Shown here: positions 61,572 through 64,000 of the stretch, piece by piece | Position numbering within the stretch: position 1 is the stretch's first letter | Layout of the letters: the number at the start of each line of letters is the position of its first letter | From: Nemertoderma westbladi | Lineage: Eukaryota; Animalia; Xenacoelomorpha | Direction of reading: 5' to 3' | Assembly (NCBI GenBank): GCA_032718475.1 | Contig: JAUCBJ010005016.1 | Span: 159,187 to 223,186 of the forward strand | DNA length: 64,000 nucleotides | Translations under genes and position numbers: made by a program | Notes under the pieces: model-generated | Databases searched by the model: none | Seen by the model: only the letters and a program-made list of their open reading frames with translations | What the model was told of the DNA's origin: nothing

Positions 61572-61708
61572 TTAATAAAGAGTGGACGTTTTGACAATTA
61601 AATAAGTAGTTTGAAGGAAAATAAGTGACTTCCAACAAATATAATCGATATGGTTTGAATTTCAAACAACTCGCACGCTATTCTCGTGGAGTTATCTATC
61701 GCTGGTTT

Positions 61709-62142
61709 CTATAAATACTTGGCGACTGCCATGGCTGCTAGGAGGGCCAGACAGCTGACAACCGGGACTCCAACTCCATCCTGGGTTGATGCGTCAGCGA
61801 CTTCATTGTCTGCTGCTGATGCTGCCTTGGTGGCGGTGGTTTCCGGGGCTTTGGTATTACCGGCATCCTCCTTTGGTTTCTCCTCGCACGTGTACTTGTA
61901 CGTTCCTTTGTTGTACTTCAAGGTCTTTCCCTCTTTGCAGGCGCACTTCTTCTCTTCTTGACTTCCTTCCAGAATCAGATGTGAGTTATCACCGCAATCA
62001 TTCTTTTTCTCCGGGTGTTTACAACCGAATCCTTTGTCGGATACGCGAGCATCCTGATTAACCGACAACCCTTTGTTGCATTCGCAATGATCGCTGATGC
62101 ACTCCGCATTATCGCCACAGTCTCCGTGAGCTGTACAACTTC
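61709..62142 (-). CDS. Terminal exon of a cysteine-rich (EGF/EB-module-like), probably GPI-anchored surface protein
   Basis: Acceptor TTTTTTGAATAG| on -, then a phase-1 exon reading SCTAHGDCGDNAECISDHCECNKG...DCGDNSH...KCACKEG, a Thr/Ala-rich stalk and a hydrophobic C-terminus VPVVSCLALLAAMAVAKYL*. The upstream exon was not identified. Confidence 0.75.
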
Positions 62143-62574
62143 CTATTCAAAAAATTACTTATGTTTTATTTTCAAATCGGGGTGAAATAAATAAAGTAGA
62201 ATTTATACTACACTACTACTATACTATATCCTAGGCCTGTACTATTATTGGGTATGATTTAATAATGTGTGTAGGAAGTAGACTCGTGTAGGTCATTATA
62301 AATAATAAATTTATTTGTGTTAGATATATCCTGTATTAAATAATAATGTACAGTTAGTGGTATGATAAAATAACGCTCTCCCAATTGGGGCTCAAACTAC
62401 GGAGCCCGGGAAGGGACATGAGAAAAATATTTTTCTAACACGAGAGCTAACATGATAGCTCCAACGAATTATATTACAAATATGGAGTTGTTTGATTGGT
62501 TGTAGTAACATAGGAGAACTAAATTGGAGGGAAATTAAAGTTGTATATCAGTGGTTCTTACGTTTCTGTTCTGT

Positions 62575-62830
62575 TCCTGTGGGGCGAGCCACGAAGTGAG
62601 TGAGCCTTAGCGTAGTGGTACCATTAATCAACCTGTCGTTCTGTCGTTCTGTCGTTCTGTCGCGTTTTTTTTCAGTATTTTATTTTAAACGTTAATAACT
62701 CGGCCAATCCTTGATGAAATCTATACAAACTTGGTACACATGTTGTTTGGCAAAAGTTTGAAAATTTTCCAAGTAGAATTTGCGTGGGGCCTTCGTGCAG
62801 CATCAGTGTAACTGTTATTGCAGTTATAAT
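62575..62830 (+). mobile_element. Possible Helentron-associated non-autonomous element (HINE/DINE-like)
   Basis: GC-rich 5' segment, (CTGTCGTT)n microsatellite, AATAACTC..AAACTTGGTACACATG core and a 3' hairpin TAACTG-TTATTG-CAGTTA. Confidence 0.45.
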
Positions 62831-63245
62831 AAATTTATTTATCCAAATTTAAAATGCGTTAAATTATTATTACTGTAGGATAAATCAGCTGGTTTTCTGA
62901 CAAATTTTGCAATTCTGCATGTACCATGTGTACCGGTACTGTCAGGCTGTACTCAATCCCTGAATCGAGAATCCTGCTAGGGTGCATTTATAGTCAGATG
63001 CCGTCCGATCCGATCCGATCCGATGCATTTCGGCAATTATTGTAGCTACAACTGTCAGACTGCAGACTGTACAAACCTAGCTGCTTAGGCTAGGCCTACT
63101 TCTGTTTTGCCTAACACTGAACGCAGTCTGGTTGTATGACTATTCTGCTATTGCTGTATTGCTGTATTGGCCTATTGCATTAGGCTCTTGTATATGGCAT
63201 GGCAGTACTGCAGTATGCAGGTATGGCAGTACTGCAGTACACAGT

Positions 63246-64000
63246 ATGGGATCATTCGTAGCTCTGTAGCTGACTGTGGTGTTCAGAAGGAAATCGGACG
63301 CGCGTTGGACTGTTGGATGTCCTGGAATGGAGTCTACCGACCAACTTGCAGGGTGAGGCTGTCCGGGACAGCCTGTCCCTCTGCAGCTCTGATCCTGGGC
63401 GGTGGAGACTGTGCTGATGGCGGCGGAAGCGGGAAGACCGGGGCATTCTGTATCCCGATACTACAGCTGGTCCATGAAACTCTACGGTACAAACTCCGAG
63501 ATGGAAAACTCGATGGGAAATCGGGGGGAAGAACTAGGCCTACGAAATTTCAGTTGAACTCATTCGATAGAGCGATAGACAGATAGAGGTGACCAGTTGG
63601 CCATCTCCCCGGACGGTTGCTGTGTCATGCGCGTGGCCAGAGGAGTTGGCACGGTACCCGGACGACTAAAGGAATAGTCGGATCCGGTCGTTTCGTTACT
63701 ATTCAGCTATTACGACAGTACGAGGCGACGGTAAAGGACGAGGTGCGAGGGCCCATGCCGGGTTAGTTGGAGCACCGGAAGCGCGACACTCGATATCGGG
63801 ACTGATAAAAATAGTTTTGGCTTCGGAGGAAACGGTAAGAAGTGTTTCGGGCGGCATTTTGACGACTATGGACAACCATATGGACTAGGCGACGTGATCG
63901 GTTATCGGATCGATCTGGATGTGGGCACAATTGGGTACCGGTACAGTAAAAACGGAAGTGATCTCGGGAAAGCTTTCGACAGTTCGAGATTCCCGCTAAT
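63246..64000 (+). pseudogene. DDX1: Intronless decayed DDX1-like DEAD-box helicase copy (N-terminus plus SPRY domain), running off the window
   Basis: Fragments [72 protein letters not shown] and SKNGSDLGKAF match DDX1 ([66 protein letters not shown]). Several frameshifts. Confidence 0.9.

Overview
AT-rich, repeat-dominated eukaryotic DNA, probably from an invertebrate animal (inferred from the transposon families and the spliceosomal exon). In order: (1) a ~20-kb array of a 49-bp satellite with nested higher-order periodicity, interrupted by a 2.2-kb TGTTA...TAACA solo-LTR-like insertion; (2) a 16.1-kb BEL/Pao LTR retrotransposon on + with an intact 2725-aa Gag-PR-RT-RH-IN ORF, an extra 376-aa non-Env ORF, two LTRs with unlike upstream halves and no matching TSD; (3) a patchwork of LINE, SINE and MITE remnants within a repeated multi-module unit; (4) a second, unrelated 9.8-kb BEL/Pao element on - with near-identical LTRs, a 5-bp TSD and a frameshifted ORF; (5) a 53-bp satellite, a perfect 225-bp hairpin, a terminal exon of a cysteine-rich, probably GPI-anchored protein, and an intronless decayed DDX1 copy. 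Main observation: neither BEL/Pao element has a tRNA-type (TGG) primer-binding site. In both, the bases abutting the 5' LTR are the exact reverse complement of a segment inside their own LTR (15 nt and 10 nt), in the geometry needed for Tf1-like self-primed reverse transcription. All comparisons were made by eye and no database searches were run.
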